Origin: Macrostomum lignano
Taxonomy: Eukaryota
Length of the DNA: 64,000 nucleotides
NCBI GenBank assembly: GCA_002269645.1
Contig: NIVC01000517.1
Location: 27,043 to 91,042 of the forward strand
Reading direction: 5' to 3'
The number at the start of each line of letters is the position of its first letter. Position 1 is the first letter of the stretch. The position numbers and the translations under genes were made by a program. Under the pieces are notes generated by a model. That model searched no databases. It was given only the letters and a program-made list of their open reading frames with translations, and was not told the DNA's origin. Of this stretch, positions 1 through 11,943 are shown piece by piece.

Positions 1-63
1 TTAAAATTGTCAATCTATCAGACTTTCCTAGAAATTGAAAGCAAACTACAATCCCTATTGCAG

Positions 64-3000
64 ACATTGACGAGTGCAGCAGTTCGCCTTGTCACGTCAA
101 CGCCATCTGCAGCAACAATCCGGGCTCATTTTCTTGCGCCTGTCGCCCTGGTTACTATGGCGACGGATACACTTGCATTGGTAAGACAAAAATACGCAAT
201 TAAAAAATCCGAATAACACTGTAAGTTCTGTACCCGAAAAACCGTAAATTTGTCAAATTTTCCGACTTACAGAACTGATGACTCTTTCCACTGACAATGG
301 CACAAAGCTGACGACATACGACTTCAACAACTACACAGTCAGCTACGTTACAATTGAAACTGAAGCTCCGTTCATCATCGGATCACAGAGAGCACCGTAT
401 GCAAGGTATGCAGACTCAAGCCATTAACTTGTTCGACTATTCAAATCGAACCATTTTGCTAGCTAATTTATGCAATCCACACGAAATTAATACAGATTTC
501 TAAAGACGGCTACCTGTCCTTTTCGGATCCACCGTACCAGCTGACCTGGCTACCTGGTACACTACCTGGTGAAGCCGATGGTGTTTCCCTATTGGTCTAC
601 CGGTATTCGTTCGCCTACCCAGACTCCCGTCTACTACGAGTTGCTGGACAGCTCACAGCACAGTAACACGCAGAACTGGAAAAAGGTTGTGGAAATTATT
701 ACCAGCTTCAGCGGAGGCGATACCTACAATCCGCTGAATGCACTCATCGTCACCTGGAATAAGATGCAGCCGTACAGCTACTACGTTTACTACTGTAATC
801 GCTACTGCAACTACTATAAACAGCTGGGTACAGCTGGGCTCAATACTACTGCAAGTACTGCGACCCCAAGCAGGAAGGTAAGACAGGCCCTTCAGTCTTG
901 CATAATATATGCCTCGCCATCGTTTTAATATGGGTAGGCAACAGTGTAGGTTCTACTGCGTAGGTAGAAAAGTAAATGTACCGTATTATGTTGGGTGCCT
1001 TGCAATAGAAATTTTAAATTTTATTAAGCAGAATCAAACTCTGCAAACCCGCAGCACATCAGCTTCCAAGCAATCGTCACCAGAAACGAGAGGCCACTCC
1101 TTCGTCATCTTTAACTACGGACAGTTCGAGATGAGCGGTGGCGGGGTGGCGACTTCTACGTCGCGGCAGGCTTCACTGACGGTTACCAGAAATTCGACAG
1201 GTTGCCCTTTAGCTACTACTGGTGCGCGGAGCAATTATGTCACCGACAATAAGGTCATGGGAAATGTCGGAAAAGTCGAAGACACGTAAGGATAATGGCG
1301 GACTCCATTCCTCCTAGCGACAAGCTCAAGTGCAAAAAATGGATGGACAACGAGCGCAAACGACCTCTTACGACGAAGTTGAGCTGCCGCACTTGCCCTC
1401 GAGACATGCGCCAAGCGGTGTTGGACTGGCGCTACTGGCCATATGAGTACTCTTGCGACAAGAAAAACCAGAACGAGAAAGGAAACTATAAGCTCACCAT
1501 GTGCTTCCGAGGCAGATTTGAGTGCGTGCAGAACTTTACAAATCCGCCAGTATGTCCTTATCCGTGGGAACTGGTACTGCAACCGTTTCATGCGGTGTCA
1601 GTTCTACGCTGCGCCAAGATGTTGCTACAAGCTCAAGGTACACTGGAAGAAGGACGGCCAACTCGTGGATTACTGCGATGCCGGCTACTCGGTGTGGAGC
1701 ATGCGCTGGCGGTTGCGCAACATCATGTTCGACAGACGCCAGAGTGGCTCCTTAATCAAGAGTACTGTGCAAGGAGCGGGACACAGCATGATTCTGGAGA
1801 GAACGAACCAGAACTACTGGTGGTGGATCAAGTACGACGAGCAGCTCAGAAACGAGACGTATGGCTACGATGTTTGCCGAGCGGGCAAGGTGATTGGAAA
1901 GTACAAGAAGTTCCGCCCAAAGTGCAATAGTCGAGAATACACCGAACCGGCTTGGGGTGAGCAAACAGGCTGAACTTGTCATTTTAGCTTAGCAATAGTT
2001 TACTACTAAGTCTTAACTGATTCTTTCAATTTACGAAACAGGTTTCAATCGAGGTGATCCTCACATTAGCACTATTGACGGAATCACGTACTCCTTCAAC
2101 GGCTTGTGCGAGTACTACATGATCAGGAACAGCTCGCAGAGTGCTCCTATGCTCGAGTTGCAAGCCAGAACGGGTCTGGCAAAGTCACTCAATCCGAATG
2201 TCACCGCATCGGCTACCGTTTTCATCGGATTTGCGCTCAAGGCCGGCTCCAACAACTGTTCCATTTCTGTTCTGCTTAACACGAGCTCAAACGACCTGGA
2301 CGTGTACAAAGACAACGAGCTGGGCAGTGTGCTCACGTACTTCTCCGAACAGGAGAACTCCACAACCATCGAAAAGTACACCCTGAAGTCAAACGACAAC
2401 AAGAGCATCAGCATCAGCGAGTCGGACACTGGCTCTCCGTGACCGTCGACAGAGTTCTTAGTCTGCTGCAGGCATCGGTGCAGCTCGACCAGCTGAGACA
2501 CGCCAGCGAAGTGGAAGGACTCATGGGAAACTTCAACGGAAACAAGACTGACGACTTCAAGCTACGAAACGGCACCCTCTTTCCTGGAAACAGCTCGGAG
2601 CGAGACCTGTTCCACTTCGGTCAGAGCTGGGCGCTGCAGTCGAGCGACGTGAGTCACTTCCCATATCCAGCGGGAAAGACTCGAGCGGACTTCTGTAACA
2701 TGTCCTTCGTTCCGGTGTTTGTCGAGGACTACAAGGATAACTTGTTGGACCTGTTCCACAACAACTCGGAGCTCATGACGTCGGCAAACAAGGTAAGTCG
2801 GCACTTTGTAGACAATCACACTATTGGCTGCTCAATATCACATTAAATTCAATACTAAATGCTTTGATGTTTCAGACCTGCTGGAATGCAGAGCAGTCCA
2901 TCTACTTGAGCTGCATGTATGACGCAGCACAGCTGCAGTCACTCGACGCTGCAGAAGAAGCTTCGTTGGCGGTCAGCCAGGAGGTGTCGGCAAAAGCGGT

Positions 3001-4818
3001 GGCCTCAAACTTTGCTCCAGAGTTTAACATGCCAACAAACATCACGTCTACTCGTCGACAACTTTCAACTTGACCATCAACGTCACCGACAAAGACGGAA
3101 ATCCTATCGTGTTGAGCATCCAGGAGCCCAGCAACGACACGTCGATGTGGCTCGACGGCAACGTGCTGGTGTGGCAGGTCGGCATAAACATCAGCGCTTT
3201 CAACTTGACGATCGTGGCCACTGACTCGATGGGAGCACCGACTTCTTGGACGCCAGTCGTCTTGTACATCGACTGCGAGAACGGGGCCACGCACAGCTTC
3301 AACTACACGACTGGGGAAACAGTGGTTGGAGGTACTACTTTCATTTACTATAAATTTACTTCTTTAACTAACTTTGTAGGGTCAAGTATGAAGTTGTGAA
3401 ACCAAATGTATAAAATTCATTTGTACCGCACTGCAGAGAACTTCTACCGAGCACAGTGCAGCTGTCCCAGTGGCTACCAAGGTGACAGGTGCGACGTGAC
3501 GCCCTGCTCGGCACAGCCGAATCCTTGCTACAATGCCAGCATGTGCCACATGTACAGCAACGGTAGTTACTACTGTGACAGCTGCCCCGATGGGATGGTG
3601 GGTGATGGACAGGTGTGCGAAGGTAAGATCCAGGACCTTTTCTTTATCGATGTATATTATCAAAGTATTGTGGGAATTAATTTTCTAACTAATTTTCTTC
3701 TTGATTTTGCCGATGATGCTTAGACTTGACGTTTTTTAAACATAAACTGCAGATACGAACGAATGCCTGGAGACTCCCGGCATCTGTCAGGAGCAGTGCA
3801 CCAACTTGGTCCCAGGCTACCGGTGCAACTGCACCACTCCTGGCTTCCGGGTGTCGCCTAGCAACTCCAGTTTGTGCGAGGACATCGACGAATGCGCCAC
3901 CGGGGACAATCGGTGCAGAGCCGATCAGAACCAGACGTGCGTGAACACGAACGGGTCCTACACGTGCACGTGTCCGATGGCGGGCTTCAAGCTGAACGCT
4001 CTGTACGAATGCGAGGTAAGGATGATTTCCGTAGGTGTGAATTCGGTCACATGATTTTCTGCTATGGTAAGAAGCTGTGCTATATTGTAACGGAAAAGTA
4101 GTTGCTTTCACAATCACAAAATTCTTGTAAAGTTTAGCGTTAGTGAAAAAGTCATGGAAAGCATCGAAACGATTTTGAATTCAGGACATCAACGAGTGTC
4201 GAGTGAACTCTACGAATCCTTGCGGCGGTGACTACATCTGCATTAATAACATCGGCAACTATTCTTGTGACTGTGCGCACAACAAGATCAAAGTCAACGG
4301 CGCCTGCGTCTCGGTGCAGATCAATGTAGATGTTGTCGACAGTGCCACCACGGCGACAGGAGGCGAAACCAACAATCGTGAGTGCACTGCTTCTTTGTAT
4401 AGTCCTTTCTCTGGAATGGACAACTATGTATAGAATTGTATATTTTACAGTCTAATAGTCGGAAGCTGATTTTAACAGGCGAGGTTTGGCTGGAAGTGGG
4501 TTCGGGTTAGCGAGGGTCGGCCGGAGGTGGGTTTAGTCAGGCGAGAGACTAAGACCAAGTAGGCCAAATAGGCCATGTAGTAGGAATAAGAGGGTAGTCC
4601 AACGATTGCTTTATTGTCTTTTACTGACTTTTTTCATTTTTATGCTATATTTCTGTATTTCAGAAAACCAGGCTTTGATCATCTCGCTGTCCGTGGTTGG
4701 CGGTGTGGTCCTCGTTACGGTCGTCGTACTTTCGATCGTGTTTGGCCTCAGAGCGAGGGTTCCCGTTGAAGTGCTGGTGAACCGACGTCCGGAACAAGTT
4801 AACAGATTAAATTATTGA
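64..4818 (+). CDS. MUC4/SUSD2-like type I membrane glycoprotein, paralog 1 (5' end outside window; several frameshifts in this sequence, so pseudogene or assembly error)
   Basis: Spliced exons encode cbEGF (DIDEC, 64-180), NIDO (ISKDGYLSF; SFVIFNY), AMOP-like ([18 protein letters not shown]), VWD starting GDPH (~2050), several EGF repeats and a TM/tail exon (4664-4818). Collinear with the paralog at 15758-23122 but with multiple 1-2 nt indels. Confidence 0.75.
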
Positions 4819-5631
4819 ACTTGTTCGGGAGTGTGCGTTGAATTTGAAAACTTTGACTTTGATTTTGACTAGCAAAAGAGCTAGCTATCTATCATATTAT
4901 CTATCTAATTATAAGTTATACAATGATTGTTTTTATTAATTTATCAATCTATTTTACGCAAACTACGGATGCTGCCAATATTTAAAATACCATGGCAACA
5001 ATCAATTTTTTGGATTAGGAGTAACTGCTATTTGTTTTCAGAAAAAAATGTGCACACTAATAAAAATTGTTACATTGGTTTAAGTTTGCTTTTTAACTTG
5101 GTAGCAATCATTGAAAACTTGATCACAGATTATTTAACCAAATTAACTAATAACTATATGTATGCCTTTTATTTATCAATCTTTTCGAGTATTTATGAAT
5201 TAATGACCGTCCAATGACCTCTTGTTTTTTCCCTTTGTTTTAAGTTCTTTCAGTGTGTGAATTCTAATATTTTCTAACCGTTTTGGCATAAAGTTACCAT
5301 CCTCCTGTATTCACAGCTAAATATAAAAGCACATTGAAATATTTTTGTTGAAAAAAAACCGTTGAGGCTTGTAAATTGCTGTTCTTTTTCAATATGATAT
5401 CTGAACTCACTTTCCATTTGGACGTACAGCAACTGAAATCTACTGTTGAGCGCAGTGCTATATAATATTCACCTCATACTTTTCATAGCCCTTGCTACGA
5501 CAATCGCAAGTAAGTTTTATTAAACTGATTTTTTTTCTAATCAGTCAACTTTGGAATTGGTTAAAACGCAACCAATCCAGATGCAAATTGCTGACCCAGA
5601 GACTCGCCTGGCTGACACAGGACTTCGGGCT

Positions 5632-5740
5632 AACTGACACACCAACTGAAACACCAACTGACACACCAACTGACACACCAACTGAAACACCAACTGACAC
5701 ACCAACTGACACACCAACTGACACACCAACTGACGCACCA
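5632..5740 (+). repeat. 12-bp tandem repeat (AACTGACACACC), about 9 copies; reads TDTP/TETP in one frame
   Basis: Directly visible periodicity. Confidence 0.9.
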
Positions 5741-7047
5741 CGCGCCAATGATACTGACCACATTCAACTCAACTTAACTTACAAAGGGCCTCACCCGACT
5801 GACAGAGCTTCACATTCAACTGACACGTTGGCGCATTTACCTGACTTTCTCATAGTTCCTTCTCATAGTTCATTCCGAATCAACCTGAACCAGTGCCACT
5901 GTTCAGCCGCTGTCATATTTGAAATAAACAAACAAGAGTGGAAGCCGCTGTACAAACAATTTTTGATTGGTAATTAATGTTATAATCCACAGGTTGTCCA
6001 GCTCTATTGAGTCGATTCGTCATTAGCTAAGGTAGCACCTAAGGTTTTCGTAACTAATGAAATGACACTCTTCATTAAAAATAGCTTGTCATTGCATGCT
6101 TGTTTCTCTGTATAGCTTAACCCGAACGGGTGACAGAAAAAAACAATAAAATTCGTAAGTATCGTCTATAGAGGGGTTTGAGCAAAGCATAATGAAGCCG
6201 TTGTTTCTAATGGCAACGCATCGTTAAGAAGCTGTAATTGCTCTTTGGGGTTGGGGGGGGGGGGGTAGCAGCCTCACCCGCACCTTGGCTACCAACTCCG
6301 TGTGTGCTAATTCTATATCACCTTCCGTAAGAAAATGGCGCCATATACCTGTTGAGGAAAGAAAGTTCATAACTGCATAAAAAATAGCGACAGGGGAGTC
6401 CTGAAAACAGTATCTGGACTGGTAAAAGAGTTTTTTACAAGCATCAAACCTCGACAAAATTTTAACTAGCCAGTTTACATTGCCATCAGCTGCCTTAGAT
6501 GGATTAATGGCCTACACATCTACCTTTAGCTGGGGGATATTTTTGGGTGGGGGGGGGGGTGACAGTATCTACATGGTTGCCCTGTTGCAGACGGAGCCAG
6601 TCAATTATCTATCCAGACGTCTATATAAATTTAGACGTCCCTGCACCGTTGAGAGAACACGCGCGAGCGAATACAAGAGAATTTAATTGCCGTCCTCCTG
6701 CCCACTCGGCTGTTTTAAACTACTCAATGTCCGAGCCCTCAGACAAGCTCTCATTGTTTTTTTCCACTCGTTATTTTCCGGTCCTATACCACTTCAATAG
6801 AAGTTCTCGAGACAGTAACGCCCCTCTAGTGCAATTTATAATCTTAACAACCTCGGAGGCTGGGAGGTTGCTTGAAATAATAATGACCCCCCATCCGCAT
6901 CTCACTCCGCAGACACTCACATAGCGGCATTCGCAGCTCGCGTGCTAATGGCTAATAATAGCCCCAGCTTTCTTTCGGTTTAAACTGTCAGTGTGCTTTT
7001 TTAAATGAAAAAAAGGTTAGAACTCCATCGGTTTGAAGTAAACGCGT

Positions 7048-7742
7048 CAGTGGCGGATTTCGAAATATAAAACGAGGGGGCCGATTTTAAACATAAGAGC
7101 GGGGGCGCCATAATATACACGAGAGGGGCGCCATAATATACACGAGAGGGGACGCCATAATATACACGAGGGGACGCCATAATATACACGAGGGGACGCC
7201 ATAATATACACGAGGGGACGCCATAATATACACGAGAGGGGCGCCATAATATACACGAGGGGACGCCATAATATACACGAGAGGGACGCCATAATATACA
7301 CGAGAGGGACGCCATAATATACACGAGAGGGGCGCCATAATATACACGAGAGGGGCGCCATAATATACACGAGAGGGACGACATAATATACACGAGAGGG
7401 GCGCCATAATATACACGAGAGGGGCGCCATAATATACACGAGAGGGACGACATAATATACACGAGAGGGGCGCCATAATATACACGAGAGGGGCGACATA
7501 ATATACACGAGAGGGGCGCCATAATATACACGAGAGGGGCGCCATAATATACACGAGAGGGGCGACATAATATACACGAGAGGGGCGCCATAATATACAC
7601 GAGAGGGGCGACATAATATACACGAGAGGGGCGCCATAATATACACGAGAGGGGCGACATAATATACACGAGAGGGGCGCCATAATATACACGAGAGGGG
7701 CGCCATAATATACACGAGAGGGACGCAATAGACGAGAGGGGC
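7048..7742 (+). mobile_element. Truncated copy of the hAT-like MITE at 11431-11868 (left end only), carrying an expanded 23-bp minisatellite
   Basis: Starts CAGTGGCGGATTT like the element at 11431. The 97-bp left flank (6951-7047) matches 11334-11430. No right TIR found. Confidence 0.7.
7101..7742. repeat. 23-bp minisatellite ATAATATACACGAGAGGGGCGCC, about 27 copies
   Basis: Directly visible; explains the repetitive ORFs 7001-7986. Confidence 0.95.
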
Positions 7743-7798
7743 GCATCTCACTTCGCAGACGCTCATTTAACGACATTCTCAGCTCGCGTTCTAATGTA

Positions 7799-10700
7799 CA
7801 GTTGGGTCCGTGGAAAGGGTCTAAATTTCCGCGGAGCGGTCGCGAAATTCCGTGGAAAACTGTGTGAAATGCGCTCCTATTGGCTAGGCCAATGGGGATG
7901 GGATGGCCCAGGAATCCATATTCCTTCCTGACTATGCTACTTTTTCCTTTATATAGCAGCAACTTATGAACGAGATTTAAAGCCATGCTTGCTATTTGTC
8001 ATATATATAGCCTTGAGTGCTTCGATTAATCTGGATTAATATTTATTGATGTCTGGCCATTACGTCACCGAAAATCAAAGGGCTGAAATGTTGAAGCGCT
8101 TTTTTATACAAAACAAGGAGAGAGAGAGATAGAGAGAAGGAGACAGGCGGCATGGAGAAGGAGAGAGGAGAGAAGTGGCAGGAAGGAGAGAGCAGAGAGA
8201 AGAAGAGAAGGACAGAGGTGGCAGGGATGAGAGGCGGCAGAGAGAAGGAGATGGAAGGAGAGACGAGAAGAGAGGGAGATGGAAGGAGAGACGAGAAGAG
8301 AAGGAGAGAGGCGGCAGAGAGAAGGAAAGAAGTGGTAGAGAGAGGAGAGAGGCCGTTTGGGCAGTCCGTTGCCCCTCCCACAATAATAAAATGCATACAA
8401 ATTTATATTTTTGCAAAGGATTCAAACTACAATTTCGAGTATCTCTTCCTGAAGCCGCCATCAGCAATAATGAGAAGGTGAGCGAGAGAGAAAGAGAGAG
8501 ATCTTCAGTCACCTATGAGAGAGAGAGGGGTTTTGTGTATCTGAATTTTCTTGCACAACTCTGAGAAAGCATTTACCCCATTGTCGGGAGGTAGGGAGGC
8601 ATGGAACCTGTGAGAAATGGTTTCCTCCAAGATTTTGTCCGAGCAGAATAGAAATGATTTGCACATAGCATACATAGCAGGGGACAATTCAGTCCCTTAT
8701 TCTGTTCCGTTTAACTGAGGGGGGCAAAGGTGCAAAATCTTTGGAAGCATTAACAAGAATGCTTTCAACCCCAAATCTATACTCTTGTGGTCCCCAACCG
8801 ACTGTCTACGGGATGACGCAATGCGCCCTCAAACCTTTCTTTTAGCTTCTCTTGGCTGCAGCCATTAACTGAGACATCGTTTCCACCTATTGCTAATGCA
8901 ATGATTTTCTGGGAGTCAATGGCGAACTGAATGTGACGAACATTTATATTTGCTGCATCTCAGAAATCTAGGGATATCAGTAATAATTCCAGTAAAATAG
9001 AAAATACAGTTGTGTGCGCGGTAAGGTGACGGTAATCGCAATTGTTATGCGCCTTGCATTCAGTTGCTATCTATTCTAAAATGGGACTAAACTGCTTTTA
9101 GTCCTACTGGTTAGTCCAGATTAGAACGAATCCGTCTGAGTTGGTCACAACGGTCTTGTTTTTTGAGAGTGTCACTTCCATATCGCCTATGAGGTCTGCA
9201 AGGTTTATGATTCTCGAGTTCGCTGTTGGGCAAAAGCGGGACCCCAGGGCAAAGGGCAATCCGCATAATGACTCCCCAGTGCCCCTCACCCCATCTCGAA
9301 TATCGATCGATCTGTGTGAGATGTTCGGAGGGTGACTGAAGACCGCCTATTCAATCTCTTCCCAAACCAGCCTTGCTAATCTCGCTGTTTAGTCATTCAG
9401 TGAGGCGCTGTCTACCCCCATTCGATTTCTCCTCTCTCTTTTCTATTGTTCGTCATTATGTGGAAGGAATTTTTAGTTCCTCCTGCCTCTGTTCAATGCA
9501 CACAAAAATAGTCCCAATTGTTTCTACAAGCTATGTAGACATGCTGTCAGGATGCGTTGATAAGTGACTCAAATTTTTGTCACGTGGAACTTGCGTGATC
9601 ATAGCATGATCTCATTCTTGCTGATGACGGCTTTAAAAGGCGGGGAAGAGATGCTCAAAACTTTGAAACCTTTGCAAAAAAATCAATTTCTCTGCAATCT
9701 CTATCAATTTCTATGGGAGAAGGAGAGAGGGGACAGGAGAGAGAAGAAGAAAAGGAGAGAGGAGAGTTTGGGCAGTCCGTTGCCGTTCCGCAATTATCTC
9801 TCCTCTCTCCTTCTTTCTCCTTCTCCCTGCCGCCTCTCTCCTTCTCTCTCCTTTCCTCTCCTCCCCTCTCCCTTCCTCTCCTTCCCTCTCCCTTCCTCTC
9901 CTTCCCTCTCCTCTCTCCCTCCCTCTCCTCTCTCCTTCCCTCTCCTCTCTCCTTCCCTCTCCTCTCTCCTTCCCTCTCCCTTCCTCTCCTTCCCTCTCCT
10001 CTCTCCTTCCCTTTCCTCTCTCCTTCCCTCTCCTCTCTCCTTCCCTCTCCTCTCTCCTTCCCTCTCCTCTCTCCTTCCCTCTCCCTTCCTCTCCTTCCCT
10101 CTCCTCTCTCCTTCTTTCTCCTTCTCCCTGCCGCCTCTGTCCTTCTCTCTCCTTTCCTCTCCTTCTCTCGCCTTCCCTCTCCCTTCCTCTCCTTCCCTCT
10201 CCCTTCCTCTCCTTCCCTCTCCCTTCCTCTCCTTCCCTCTCCCTTCCTCTCCTTCCCTCTCCCTTCCTCTCCTTCCCTCTCCTCTCTCCTTCCCTCTCCT
10301 TTCTCCTTCCCCTCCCTTCCTCTCCTTCCCTCTCCCTTCCTCTCCTTCCCTCTCCCTTCCTCTCCTTCCCTCTCCTCTCTCCTTCCCTCTCCTTTCTCCT
10401 TCCCCTCCCTTCCTCTCCTTCCCTCTCCCTTCCTCTCCTTCCCTCTCCCTTCCTCTCCTTCCCTCTCCCTTCCTCTCCTTCCCTCTCCTCTCTCCTTCCC
10501 TCTCCTTTCTCCTTCCCCTCCCTTCCTCTCCTTCCCTCTCCCTTCCTCCCCTTCCCTCTCCTCTCTCCTTCTCTCTCCTTCCATCTCCTTCTCTCTGCCG
10601 CCTCTCATCCCTGCCACCTCAGTCCTTCTATTCTTCTCTCTCCTCTCTCCTTCCTGCCGCTTCTCTCCTCTCTCCTTCTCCATGCCGCCTGTCTCCTTCT

Positions 10701-11070
10701 CTCTATCTCTCTCTCCTTGTTTTGTATAAAAAAGCGCTTCAACATTTCAGCCCTTTGATTTTCGGTGACGTAATGGCCAGACATCAATAAATATTAATCC
10801 AGATTAATCGAAGCACACAAGGCTATATATATGACAACTAGCAAGCATGGCTTTAAATCTCGTTCATAAGGTGCTGCTATATAAAGGAAAAAGTAGCATA
10901 GTCAAGGAACAATATAGATTCCTGGGCCATCCCATCGATTCGGGAAATTTCACCTCTAAGTATTCGGGAAATCCCATTGGCCTAGCCAATAGGAGCGCAT
11001 TTCACACAGTTTTCCACGGAATTCCGCGACCATTCCGCGGAAACTTAGACCCTTTCCACGGACCCAACTG
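7799..11070. mobile_element. Non-autonomous foldback-type DNA transposon, Tc1/mariner-like ends with very long inverted arms
   Basis: Ends CAGTTGGGTCCGTGGAAAGGG ... CCCTTTCCACGGACCCAACTG flanked by TA (7797-7798, 11071-11072). The left arm 7799-~8480 is the reverse complement of ~9610-11070. No transposase recognised in the ~1.1-kb spacer. Confidence 0.75.
9800..10600. repeat. CT-rich low-complexity expansion (CCTTCCCTCT/CCTCTCT motifs) within the right arm of the foldback element
   Basis: Pure C/T tract; its counterpart in the left arm (~8110-8350, GA-rich) is much shorter. Confidence 0.9.
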
Positions 11071-11430
11071 TACATTAATACCCATGCTTTAAGGGCGTTA
11101 ATAAGAAAATCAGAGGGCGCCGTTAGCATGGGTATTACTATTATTGAGCCATAGACATTTGTGTCCATGACAAAGTGGGACAGAATAATCGGGCGTAAAA
11201 TGTCATTAACTGCCCGCTAATTGCATTAAAGTAAGTTTAAAGCATTAAAGTCCTGCAAGCGGGCTTAAATGTAGTCTGTGGCATTAAATGGCAAGAATAA
11301 GTGCCCAGCAGGCACAAAGGTCATGGCACAATGGCTAATAATAGCCCCAGCTTTCTTTCGGTTTAAACTGTCAGTGTGTTTTTTTAAATGAAAAAAAGGT
11401 TAGAACTCCATCGGTTTGAAGTATACGCGT

Positions 11431-11868
11431 CAGTGGCGGATTTTTAAATATAAAATGAGGGGGCCGATTTTAAACATAAGAGCGGGGGCGCCATAATATA
11501 CGCGAGAGGGGCGCCATAGACAAGAGGGGCGCCATAGACGAGAGGGCGCGCCATAGACGAGAGGGGCACCATAGACGAGAGGGGCACCATAGACAAGAGG
11601 GGCGCCATAGACAAGAGGGGCGCCATAGACAAGAGGGGCGCCATAGACAAGAGGGGCGCCATAGACGAGAGGGCGCGCCATAGACGAGAGGGGCACCATA
11701 GACGAGAGGGGCACCATAGACGAGAGGGGCGCCTTACTGAGCAAACTGACAGCGATGAGGAACTTTGTTTAGCCCAAAAGAAAAGGGGAAAAGGGGCGCC
11801 ATCATTGCCAGCCACAAGGGGGGCCGCCCCCCCACCCCATCGCCCAACCCCCCTTAAATCCGCCCCTG
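11431..11868. mobile_element. hAT-like MITE (438 bp) with internal 18-bp minisatellite ATAGACGAGAGGGGCGCC
   Basis: TIR CAGTGGCGGATTT / AAATCCGCCCCTG. Perfect 8-bp target-site duplication ATACGCGT at 11423-11430 and 11869-11876; an 8-bp TSD is typical of the hAT superfamily. Confidence 0.85.
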
Positions 11869-11943
11869 ATACGCGTATAGTCTTGTTTAGTTTTTGTTAA
11901 TAAGTCTGTAAATTCTTTTTTAATAACAGCAGTTTAAAGCTTT

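Noticed and set aside
8480-9610. Transposase gene in the foldback spacer
   Set aside because: Only short ORFs, with no recognisable DDE/D or HTH motifs by eye.
9564-10790. Long S/P/L-rich and E/R/G-rich ORFs
   Set aside because: By-products of the CT/GA low-complexity tract in the foldback arm.
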